Positions 15,001 to 26,646 of a stretch of DNA of 64,000 bases are shown piece after piece. The stretch comes from Flectonema sp. DT1601 (lineage: Eukaryota): assembly GCA_964019425.1 (NCBI GenBank), contig OZ025788.1, positions 1,488,001-1,552,000 of the forward strand. Reading direction: 5' to 3'. Position 1 is the first letter of the stretch. The number at the start of each line of letters is the position of its first letter. A program made the translations under genes and the position numbers. Under the pieces are notes generated by a model. It did no database searches. It was not told where the DNA came from and saw only the letters and a list, made by a program, of their open reading frames with translations.

Positions 15001-18000
15001 GTTACCAGCTATTCCTACTGCCACAATGACTCAGCAGCAGATGCCTGTGTTACCAACTGCTACTCTGCAATTGTTATCTTCCACGTTAACACAGGAGCAG
15101 TTACCAGCTATTCCTACTGCCACAGTGACTCAGCAGCAGTTGCCTGTGTTACCAACTGCTACTCTGCAATTGTTATCTTCCACGTTAACACAGGAGCAGT
15201 TCCCAGCTATTCCTACTGCCACAGTGACTCAGCAGCAGTTGCCTGTGTTACCAACTGCTACTCTGCAATTGTTATCTTCCACGTTAACACAGGAGCAGTT
15301 ACCAGCTATTCCTACTGCCACAGTGACTCAGCAGCAGTTGCCTGTGTTACCAACTGCTACTCTGCAATTGTTATCTTCCACGTTAACACAGGAGCAGTTC
15401 CCAGCTATTCCTACTGCCACAGTGACTCAGCAGCAGTTGCCTGTGTTACCAACTGCTACTCTGCAATTGTTATCTTCCACGTTAACACAGGAGCAGTTAC
15501 CAGCTATTCCTACTGCCACAGTGACTCAGCAGCAGTTGCCTGTGTTACCAACTGCTACTCTGCAATTGTTATCTTCCACGTTAACACAGGAGCAGTTACC
15601 AGCTATTCCTACTGCCACAATGACTCAGCAGCAGATGCCTGTGTTACCAACTGCTACTCTGCAATTGTTATCTTCCACGTTAACACAGGAGCAGTTACCA
15701 GCTATTCCTACTGCCACAGTGACTCAGCAGCAGTTGCCTGTGTTACCAACTGCTACTCTGCAATTGTTATCTTCCACGTTAACACAGGAGCAGTTCCCAG
15801 CTATTCCTACTGCCACAGTGACTCAGCAGCAGTTGCCTGTGTTACCAACTGCTACTCTGCAATTGTTATCTTCCACGTTAACACAGGAGCAGTTACCAGC
15901 TATTCCTACTGCCACAGTGACTCAGCAGCAGTTGCCTGTGTTACCAACTGCTACTCTGCAATTGTTATCTTCCACGTTAACACAGGAGCAGTTACCAGCT
16001 ATTCCTACTGCCACAATGACTCAGCAGCAGATGCCTGTGTTACCAACTGCTACTCTGCAATTGTTATCTTCCACGTTAACACAGGAGCAGTTCCCAGCTA
16101 TTCCTACTGCCACAGTGACTCAGCAGCAGTTGCCTGTGTTACCAACTGCTACTCTGCAATTGTTATCTTCCACGTTAACACAGGAGCAGTTACCAGCTAT
16201 TCCTACTGCCACAATGACTCAGCAGCAGATGCCTGTGTTACCAACTGCTACTCTGCAATTGTTATCTTCAACGTTAACACAGGAGCAGTTCCCAGCTATT
16301 CCTACTGCCACAGTGACTCAGCAGCAGTTGCCTGTGTTACCAACTGCTACTCTGCAATTGTTATCTTCCACGTTAACACAGGAGCAGTTACCAGCTATTC
16401 CTACTGCCACAGTGACTCAGCAGCAGTTGCCTGTGTTACCAACTGCTACTCTGCAATTGTTATCTTCCACGTTAACACAGGAGCAGTTACCAGCTATTCC
16501 TACTGCCACAATGACTCAGCAGCAGATGCCTGTGTTACCAACTGCTACTCTGCAATTGTTATCTTCAACGTTAACACAGGAGCAGTTCCCAGCTATTCCT
16601 ACTGCCACAATGACTCAGCAGCAGATGCCTGTGTTACCAACTGCTACTCTGCAATTGTTATCTTCCACGTTAACACAGGAGCAGTTACCAGCTATTCCTA
16701 CTGCCACAATGACTCAGCAGCAGATGCCTGTGTTACCAACTGCTACTCTGCAATTGTTATCTTCCACGTTAACACAGGAGCAGTTACCAGCTATTCCTAC
16801 TGCCACAGTGACTCAGCAGCAGTTGCCTGTGTTACCAACTGCTACTCTGCAATTGTTATCTTCCACGTTAACACAGGAGCAGTTACCAGCTATTCCTACT
16901 GCCACAGTGACTCAGCAGCAGTTGCCTGTGTTGCCAACTGCTACTCTGCAATTGTTATCTTCCACGTTAACACAGGAGCAGTTACCAGCTATTCCTACTG
17001 CCACGATGACTCAGCAGCAGTTGCCTGTGTTGCCAACTGCTACTCTTCAATTGTTATCTTCCACGTTAACACAGGAGCAGTTACCAGCTATTCCTACTGC
17101 CACGATGACTCAGCAGCAGATGCCTGTGTTACCAACTGCTACTCTTCAATTGTCATCTTCCACGTTAACACAGGAGCAGTTACCAGCTATTCCTACTGCC
17201 ACAATGACTCAGCAGCAGATGCCTGTGTTACCAACTGCTACTCTGCAATTGTTATCTTCCACGTTAACACAGGAGCAGTTACCAGCTATTCCTACTGCCA
17301 CAGTGACTCAGCAGCAGATGCCTGTGTTACCAACTGCTACTCTGCAATTGTTATCTTCCACGTTAACACAGGAGCAGTTACCAGCTATTCCTACTGCCAC
17401 AATGACTCAGCAGCAGATGCCTGTGTTACCAACTGCTACTCTGCAATTGTTATCTTCCACGTTAACACAGGAGCAGTTACCAGCTATTCCTACTGCCACA
17501 GTGACTCAGCAGCAGATGCCTGTGTTACCAACTGCTACTCTGCAATTGTTATCTTCCACGTTAACACAGGAGCAGTTACCAGCTATTCCTACTGCCACAA
17601 TGACTCAGCAGCAGATGCCTGTGTTACCAACTGCTACTCTGCAATTGTTATCTTCCACGTTAACACAGGAGCAGTTACCAGCTATTCCTACTGCCACAGT
17701 GACTCAGCAGCAGTTGCCTGTGTTACCAACCGCTACTCTGCAATTGTTATCTTCCACGTTAACACAGGAGCAGTTACCAGCTATTCCTACTGCCACAGTG
17801 ACTCAGCAGCAGATGCCTGTGTTACCAACTGCTACTCTGCAATTGTTATCTTCCACGTTAACACAGGAGCAGTTACCAGCTATTCCTACTGCCACAGTGA
17901 CTCAGCAGCAGATGCCTGTGTTACCAACCGCTACTCTGCAATTGTTATCTTCCACGTTAACACAGGAGCAGTTACCAGCTATTCCTACTGCCACAGTGAC

Positions 18001-19658
18001 TCAGCAGCAGATGCCTGTGTTACCAACTGCTACTCTGCAATTGTTATCTTCCACGTTAACACAGGAGCAGTTACCAGCTATTCCTACTGCCACAGTGACT
18101 CAGCAGCAGATGCCTGTGTTACCAACTGGTACTCTGCAATTGTTATCTTCCACGTTAACACAGGAGCAGTTACCAGCTATTCCTACTGCCACAGTGACTC
18201 AGCAGCAGATGCCTGTGTTACCAACTGCTACTCTGCAATTGTTATCTTCCACGTTAACACAGGAGCAGTTACCAGCTATTCCTACTGCCACAGTGACTCA
18301 GCAGCAGATGCCTGTGTTACCAACTGCTACTCTGCAATTGTTATCTTCCACGTTAACACAGGAGCAGTTACCAGCTATTCCTACTGCCACAATGACTCAG
18401 CAGCAGATGCCTGTGTTACCAACTGCTACTCTGCAATTGTTATCTTCCACGTTAACACAGGAGCAGTTACCAGCTATTCCTACTGCCACAGTGACTCAGC
18501 AGCAGATGCCTGTGTTACCAACTGCTACTCTGCAATTGTTATCTTCCACGTTAACACAGGAGCAGTTACCAGCTATTCCTACTGCCACAATGACTCAGCA
18601 GCAGATGCCTGTGTTACCAACTGCTACTCTGCAATTGTTATCTTCCACGTTAACACAGGAGCAGTTACCAGCTATTCCTACTGCCACAATGACTCAGCAG
18701 CAGATGCCTGTGTTACCAACTGCTACTCTGCAATTGTTATCTTCCACGTTAACACAGGAGCAGTTACCAGCTATTCCTACTGCCACAGTGACTCAGCAGC
18801 AGATGCCTGTGTTACCAACTGCTACTCTGCAATTGTTATCTTCCACGTTAACACAGGAGCAGTTACCAGCTATTCCTACTGCCACAGTGACTCAGCAGCA
18901 GATGCCTGTGTTACCAACCGCTACTCTGCAATTGTTATCTTCCACGTTAACACAGGAGCAGTTACCAGCTATTCCTACTGCCACAGTGACTCAGCAGCAG
19001 ATGCCTGTGTTACCAACTGCTACTCTGCAATTGTTATCTTCCACGTTAACACAGGAGCAGTTACCAGCTATTCCTACTGCCACAGTGACTCAGCAGCAGA
19101 TGCCTGTGTTACCAACTGGTACTCTGCAATTGTTATCTTCCACGTTAACACAGGAGCAGTTACCAGCTATTCCTACTGCCACAGTGACTCAGCAGCAGAT
19201 GCCTGTGTTACCAACTGCTACTCTGCAATTGTTATCTTCCACGTTAACACAGGAGCAGTTACCAGCTATTCCTACTGCCACAATGACTCAGCAGCAGATG
19301 CCTGTGTTACCAACTGCTACTCTTCAATTGTCATCTTCCACGTTAACACAGGAGCAGTTACCAGCTATTCCTACTGCCACGATGACTCAGCAGCAGTTGC
19401 CTGTGTTGCCAACTGCTACTCTTCAATTGTTATCTTCCACGTTAACACAGGAGCAGTTACCAGCTATTCCTACTGCCACGATGACTCAGCAGCAGATGCC
19501 TGTGTTACCAACTGCTACTCTTCAATTGTCATCTTCCACGTTAACACAGGAGCAGTTACCAGCTATTCCTACTGCCACGATGACTCAGCAGCAGTTGCCT
19601 GTGTTACCAACTGCTACTCTGCAATTGTTATCTTCCACGTTAACACAGGAGCAGATGC
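1..19658 (+). repeat. Coding tandem repeat, 99-bp / 33-aa unit (QLLSSTLTQEQLPAIPTATVTQQQMPVLPTATL), about 198 copies
   Basis: Directly visible; substitutions only, no frame-breaking indel or stop. Unit is built as 7+13+13 aa. Confidence 0.98.
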
Positions 19659-22171
19659 CAGCGCAAAGTTTTACTTTAAAATTGTCTTCATCGACGTTAA
19701 CGCCGAAGACAGCAAGTTTGACTAATGCGATTGCGATACCTAAAGTTAGTGAGACAGTTAGCGTTGTTCGGTCATTTGCTAGTTTGACTACCACGCTGAC
19801 AAAGTCTTTAATACCAACAGGTTCTTTGACACTCTCTGTGTTGGAAAGATTGGCGACTGCTTCTGTGACTTTAACAGAATCATTAGTATCTACGACACCG
19901 TCAAAGTCGTGGACGGTGCCCTCTTCGTCTCTGACGAATATGCATTCGTTGACTGCTATAACTGTTAGTGATTCAATGACGGCCTTAGTGAAAGCATCAA
20001 CGACTGCGACAGTAATGCAATTGCGTGATACTGCAACAGTAACAATAAGAGTTAAGGAAAGTAGTACCGAGACTTTGTCGCCGACGATTAGTTTAACGTT
20101 TGTACCGACGCCGCTTCCGACAGCAAGCCAACTAGAGAATGTTGGGATGCAGCTGTCTGTTGAAGGAATGGATGCAGGGCATGCAATTCTTCGAACAGTT
20201 CAAAATGCTGTCATGGACGGAGTTGCAGAATTCCTGGGGGTACGTATTGCTGCTATCTTTTGTTGTCATTTTTATATTGTTGATAATATTAGTAAAAGAA
20301 CAAAAAACAGGTATCGCCTGACTACATCACTCTAAACAGCGTAGAGTCCTGGGACGGTGATGCATGGCAGGTATGTTGTTGTTGTACCTAAGTGAAGTTT
20401 TCATAAAAAAATCATAAAAAACAGACGGTGTCTGCTGCTCACAGAAGATTTAAATTACTACAAGTTACTGCGGTTGGCACTATTCGTTTTGTGTTTTCTG
20501 TGAAGTCGCCAGCTGTAGACGTGTCGACGGTATGTTAGTATTGAGGAATAATTTACTCATTTTAGTATTTGGTTCTGCTTCACTACAATTGGAAGTTGTG
20601 ATTCTGTTCAAAGCAATCAATCGATTGACTTTCATAACCTCCCAACAGCTTGTCGCTCGCATCGGGAGCAGCACTACGTCCCGAGAACTCGAGAATGATA
20701 TCAACAAACAACTGACTGCAGTTGGTGTACCTGACATCGTAACTGTAGGTGTGGTCGCTTCTACACCGTCTCCGGTGATAACAGCAGCGGCTTCGAATAA
20801 CGATGATGATGCGTATGTCTTTATTTAATAACGTAACAGATGTCAGCTAAATCGCAATATCTAAAACCAAACAGAATACACTCTCAGTGGTGGTTCTACG
20901 TTGCTTTAGGATGTGTGGCGTTACTTATTGCTGCATCAGTAATATATGCTGCCTGCAGAGTAAAGGAGCCACCAATTGACATTGAGGCACCAAAAGAAGA
21001 TGAGAAAATTAGAACTGCAGATGAGCATTTGGCTGGTAGAAGAGAGGAGGAAATACAACGTCAACATCAGCCGCAACATGTTGTTGTTGTTGATCCTGAA
21101 AGACGGACCCAAGACCATAAACGCGAGAGAGATGATGAGGTAGTCAGCGATGACCACCAGCAACCATTTGAAGTTCATCAGAACCCAATAGAAGCTGGTG
21201 CTCACTTGATGTACTCTGACGCTGAAGGTCAGGTAAGTGAGCACTCTGGTAGTGAAGTCCAGCCGCGATCAAGAAAAGAGAAGAAACATCGCCATCACAA
21301 AAAGCACAATAAGAAGCAAAAATCGAATGCTCAGAGCCCTACTAAAATCGCACTTTCTGGTGTTGTGTTGGAAGAGAAGTCAGGAGCACCCGACACCACT
21401 GTACAAGACATCGAATACGAGAAAGTAGCTCTCGTCATTAGAACTGTTCGCAATATCAGAAGGCAACACAGAGCTAATACGGATGTGAAGTTATCGAAGA
21501 GAGATTTCAAGCGACTTTATCCGGACTTGTACGAAATGAGTGAAGCCGTAAAGAGACTACCAGAGTATAGTTATATAAAGAGCAGACAAGTTCAAAAGAG
21601 ATTAGAATTCGGGGAACCAACAGAACCTTTTGAGGTGTCTGATTTAGACGACAGTTCTTGCAGAGGTCTGGCTGTAGTACAATTGGTGTTGAACATTACA
21701 GGAAAATCTTCTCTCGATAAAGTTGTAGTTTCTGATCTTGGGATGTCACTCATTAACGTAATAATGGGAACTGTCGCAAATTTGCGATCTATCAGAGCTG
21801 CCCAAGGTAGTCGCTTCTCGGTCCGTGATCTCGCCCACCATGAACCTGGTTTGTTCTATTTGTATAAAATTGCAAAGAGCTCGCAGCTCTACGAAACCTT
21901 CCGACACGACCGCGACATCCACAGAAAAGGGAAAATAAGCATTGTTCTCCCTGGACAAGATTCTCCTCGCACTATTTGCTACTCCAGTTCTCTCACAGTT
22001 GCATCAATTAAGGAACTGATCATGTCCGACGTGGGAGTTGCGAATATCGAGTCCATCTCACTGATGATGAAGGAAGCAGAGCTGGGACCGGATACTGTGA
22101 CTGTTGGAAACCTTTCGATAGAAAAGAATGCGACTCTAGAAGTTCGAATCACGCAACCTATTTCCCAGTAG
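1..22171 (+). CDS. Giant mucin-like type I membrane protein, 5' end outside the window. Predicted exons <1..20239, 20311..20370, 20425..20529, 20649..20812, 20875..22171
   Basis: The frame is open through ~20 kb of T/Q/P/L-rich repeats. Four GT..CAG introns (20240-20310, 20371-20424, 20530-20648, 20813-20874) join the 6770-aa, 98-aa and 443-aa ORFs in frame. TM helix WWFYVALGCVALLIAASVIYAAC, a charged tail, and a ubiquitin-like C-terminus follow. Confidence 0.75.
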
Positions 22172-24653
22172 TTCGGTCACAGCGATGACTTGTTTACTAA
22201 TTAAGTGTTAGTAAATAAGTTGTCGAAGAAAAATAAATATTTTGTTACTGGTATATTCTGTTTAGTCTTTTATACGGATCGTTCTCCCCCTCCCTGTCAT
22301 CCCTTTTGTGCCTCCGCAGCTTCATAACAAAAGTTGATGGGGCTACGTGACACTTTCACACGACCATCGAGCTTTTTTTTTTTGTTTTTTTTTGTCTTTT
22401 TTTTAATAATAATCCAGTCCCCTCCCCCGTTGCGTGTTAACCTTGATTTATTATTATCCAAGTCCCCCACCCTCTTTGCAAGGCTTTTTAATTTCTAATT
22501 TCAATGGCTTACGGAGGAACGTTGGCCCACGCCCAACAGCTTTTAAACAACTATTTTGCCTTCCAGATGGCTGTGTTTCTTTGTTACAAATGCAGTTGTT
22601 TCTCCTTCCCAATCCCCGCATTTGCCAAATGTTCATATCTTTGTGGATGTGTTCTGTTTTTATCTGTTTTGTTGAATTTCCTGCCAACATTGCTGTCTGT
22701 GTATGTTGTTTTTTCGTCTGACTGCTCGTTCTTCTGATCTGCCTTGTTGTTGAAGAGGCGACCATTTCATCTCAAATAGAGATCGTTCACCCCGCAATTT
22801 CCCTTTTTTTGGTGCCTTAAAAGCAAAGGAAGCGTTGTTGCTGTTGATAAATAAGACAACTGAAGTCTAACAATAAATAAAAGAAGCTTCTATGGAGCAT
22901 GTTCAGATGTGATCTCGCTTCTGTGAGACAATGTATTCTGCGATTAAAAATTCCGCGGAATTTTCCTTTTTGGAAATTCCGCAAATATGCAGAATCAATC
23001 TTTGCGACTTTTTACCTGTTCTTCCGATGTTACCTTCTTCAATTGGAGCCTTCTTCACCTTCTCGAATTAATCCTTGAGCAGTGAGAGAGTTGCAGCCGA
23101 CCAACTATTGGCATCACTTGGATTTCACTACATTATTGTGGTTCTAGATAAGCGGTCTTTTCCCTTGATCAGATCTATTGCGGCAAAGAGTAGGTCAGTG
23201 GATTGTTTGAGTACAAGCAAATCCTAAATACTTAATTAATTGTTTAGATATCATTTCTTTTAATCACTTTCGTTTTTTCTTCTTTTTATTGAATAGTTTT
23301 CTACTTCTGTCGTCAGCGAGTGTTGCTTGCATGACTAGTAGTTGCAAGCAACCAGCATAGTCCACTCTTTTCTTAATATTCGTGTCTTAGATTTATAGAA
23401 ACAGTAGAGAAAAGAGTGTTTTTTTTTTCATTCAAATGGAGAGGTTCCATGCATACTACATCTGTTCGCAGTGACAGGTCGAAACAGTTTTTTCGACTAA
23501 GGTGGCGATCGTTTACTTGTCCCATCAGAACAGCTGCTGCGCTGTCTGCTCACTTGATTGACCACTTGTGGTGGTTGTGCGTTTTGCTTCTAAGTTTCTA
23601 CATTCTTCCAACTGCTGTGGCAAATGGAATGAACCATCGAAACAGAGAATCGAACTCTTGGCGCAATATTTGTCTTCGTCATCCTTACTTCCTTACAAAC
23701 AAACTCACAATAGATAATTAGTCTCCTCCCATTGAGTGTAACAGTAAGGCATTGAAACGGCCTCGCTGACATTCAAGAAGCACTCTGCGGATATTTATTA
23801 CCATGTGTAGTACCTCACTACTCTCCACCCAGACCCTTGAGGCAAAACCCAAAACAGTCTCCGGGTCTGAATCGATACCCACGACACTGGGTGCCCCTTC
23901 CGACCGCTGCAGATAAAGGATTGATTTTTTAGGAGCGTTTGTGGTACGTTCAATCGCATTTGCGATTATGTTGTGCTTTATTCTGTGTTTTTACTTCGTT
24001 TAAAAAGAATTGTTTTTCATGCCGAAGACAATCGTCCAAAGGATGGATATTTTTGGCTGATTATGGCCGCTCAAACGAGTCAATAAAATAAAAGTGAGAA
24101 CGAAACGGGGAAATCACACTTTCCCTGGTGACATGGAACAGAATCATGTCGTTGTTACGTCGTTGTGGATATTAACAACAGGATTGTAGTTGAACGGGGG
24201 AATAGGAATTTTTTGCAAAATAAACTCCGCCATTATTCTCTCCTTGAACTATTGCTTCATACAAGCATCTGACCATTTCTCAACAAGCGACGTTTACTAA
24301 CTAGTAGAATGTCTGATAGAAAGGTCTTTTCCCCTAATTATTTTCGAAAATGCTCAGGGTGTTCCAATTCTTACTTCCGCAAGTGTAAGGTGTTTAGTTT
24401 CACATCGTGCAGCGTTTTTTTTTCGCAATTTGCATTATTTTCAACTCAATAACCTGCTGAAGCGCATTCCCATTCGATCAGGTGCAGCTTAAGCCGCCGT
24501 AAAGTTACGAAGTTGCTTTGTGTTTGATCTTAGAACTTTATTATTTAACAGGTGTTTAAAAACTATTACTTCAATTGATTTTGGGGTATGCGAGTTATCA
24601 ATCCGAACTTATCAAACGTGAGAGAAACTTGATATTATGACAGACACACAACA

Positions 24654-26349
24654 ATGGGAGGCAAGGAACTTCTGATACTTCTGCTCTGGGCAGTAGTTTG
24701 CCAGGGAAGCGATAATTTCGACCCGAAGGACACTATTGTACTCGACGAGAATAACTTCTCACAAGTGAAAGATGACACCTGGATGGTAATGTTTTGGGCT
24801 CCGTGGTGCGCTCACTGCAGAAGAGTGAAACCGCTATTTGCAGAAGCCAGTGAAAAGGTGAAAAAGGGGGTCAGCCTCGGAATGGTGGACTGCACGGCTG
24901 ACAACGGTAAACCAGTTTGCGATGCCCTGGGAGTAACTTCATACCCAACATTTAAATATTCTATCCCTGGGGAAGAGATGATGAAGTATGACGGACCACG
25001 ACAGACTGAAGACTTCATTCGTTTTATTGACAGATTGGGAGATCCATCAGTCCACGTCCTGAAATTTAACGCTGCTGACATTCAGGAACTACAAAAGCGA
25101 GATGATGTTAACGTCTTCGTCTTCTGTACACCGGAAGGTCAAATAACTCCTCACACGACCTGGTTGGCTCGTCGGGGTCTCACTTTTGGGCGAAGTCACT
25201 TTGGGACTCATCCCATTCAGAGTACTCTTTGTGACAGTAAGCAAACAGCCTTTTTAATTAATGACATCGGAACTACAGAAATCCACATCCCAACCGATGA
25301 GAACGAGGAAGGCAATCTTGAGAGCATCATGACGGGAGACTTGGATCTGCACAATTTAAAAATTGCTTTGGATTGGATTGAAAAACACAAACACCTCACT
25401 GTTGATAGAATCGACCAGGCGACCTTTCACCATTTGACAAAATCAAACAAGACATTCCTCGCAATGTACGTAAGCGCAGAAGGCGAATGGGACGATCAGC
25501 GTCCTTACTTAGAAGTCCTCCGCAAGTTAGTTGGAAAGTCGCATGCGGAGAGAGTTTCTTTTGGCTGGTTGTGCGGAGTTCTGTATGCGGAGTGGGTGGC
25601 TGATTTAGTGTCTGTAGATACATTGCCTACTGTTTTGGTTTATAATTTAGATGAGGAGTCTGTCTTAACAACTGAAGAGATGCGAATCGCTGTCCATCAT
25701 GCGGTGAAGCAGCGCGGAGATCATGACGGTGCCATGGAAGCAGCTGTAGACGACCTCATTGAGGGAATCCACTCCGGTAGATACCAAATGACATATAAGG
25801 GACACGCCGGCATCGTTCTCGGTGCAGCCCAACGTTTTGCTCCATTCCTCCTCCCACATCTAAATGAGCTGCGTCGAGCAACACAATCGGATCTTCTTTT
25901 CATGTGCGTTATCTCAGTTGTTGTTGTACTCATTGTATGTACTTAAGCAAAGTGCTTTTTTATTTTTGGGAAAACCTCTAATCAACTCAACACAAAAAAA
26001 GTGCCTTGTGACCTGTGGTTAAAAAATCTGTCACCCAGAATCCCAATAGGGGTTTTCCCTTTATTTTTTTCTTACGCAAAAAAATAAACAAATTTAATAA
26101 ACCCAGTTTACAATTCTGACGAACATCTTGCAACTTGCTTGTGGGAGCGTTGATGATGATGAGGCTAAAAAGCGGGAGATGGCAACTCAAGTATGTATTC
26201 TAATTCTGTGAAGGAATTACCGGCACATCATTCAACAAATAACTTTACAGTTGTTGCAACGCAAACAGCAGTTGGTCACAGCTGCTGCCTCCCAGTTGCG
26301 AAATGCGGGTGCCCCAACTGCAGGAGCGGAGGACAAGAAGAACCAATAG
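24654..26349 (+). CDS. Membrane-anchored protein disulfide isomerase / TMX-like thioredoxin protein. Predicted exons 24654..25934, 26107..26190, 26251..26349
   Basis: Signal peptide, FWAPWCAHC active site, YPT cis-Pro loop, redox-inactive thioredoxin-like regions and a hydrophobic C-terminal segment. Two GTATGT..CAG introns give an in-frame end ...AEDKKNQ* (KKxx ER-retrieval signal). Confidence 0.85.
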
Positions 26350-26646
26350 CTGTACAGGACTAGTTGCACCCACTATTCTATTCATGCACTTTCTCTTAGT
26401 TTTGTTCGCAGTTGAGTGTTTGCTTCTGTTTGGGTTACTTGCAAGTAGCTGAATATTTAAAGGGAAAAAAATATACCATGAAGTCAAGTTTACTTAATTT
26501 ACAGCAATAACCAAAAGACAAATGATGCTTGCTGATTCATTGTTGCTTACCACAAAGCCTGTGTCGGCCTACTAGGACGATTCCGGTTAGTTTCTTTGGT
26601 AATTTTCTAAAGGGAAAAAATCAATTCACAGTTTGACACAGCTGAA

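Noticed and set aside
20240..20335. C-terminus of the 6770-aa ORF as given in the ORF track
   Set aside because: Better explained as read-through into an intron starting at 20240
22434..23800. Short ORFs and a small hairpin (22955-22982) between the mucin and PDI genes
   Set aside because: No recognisable motifs; cannot be supported as genes or elements
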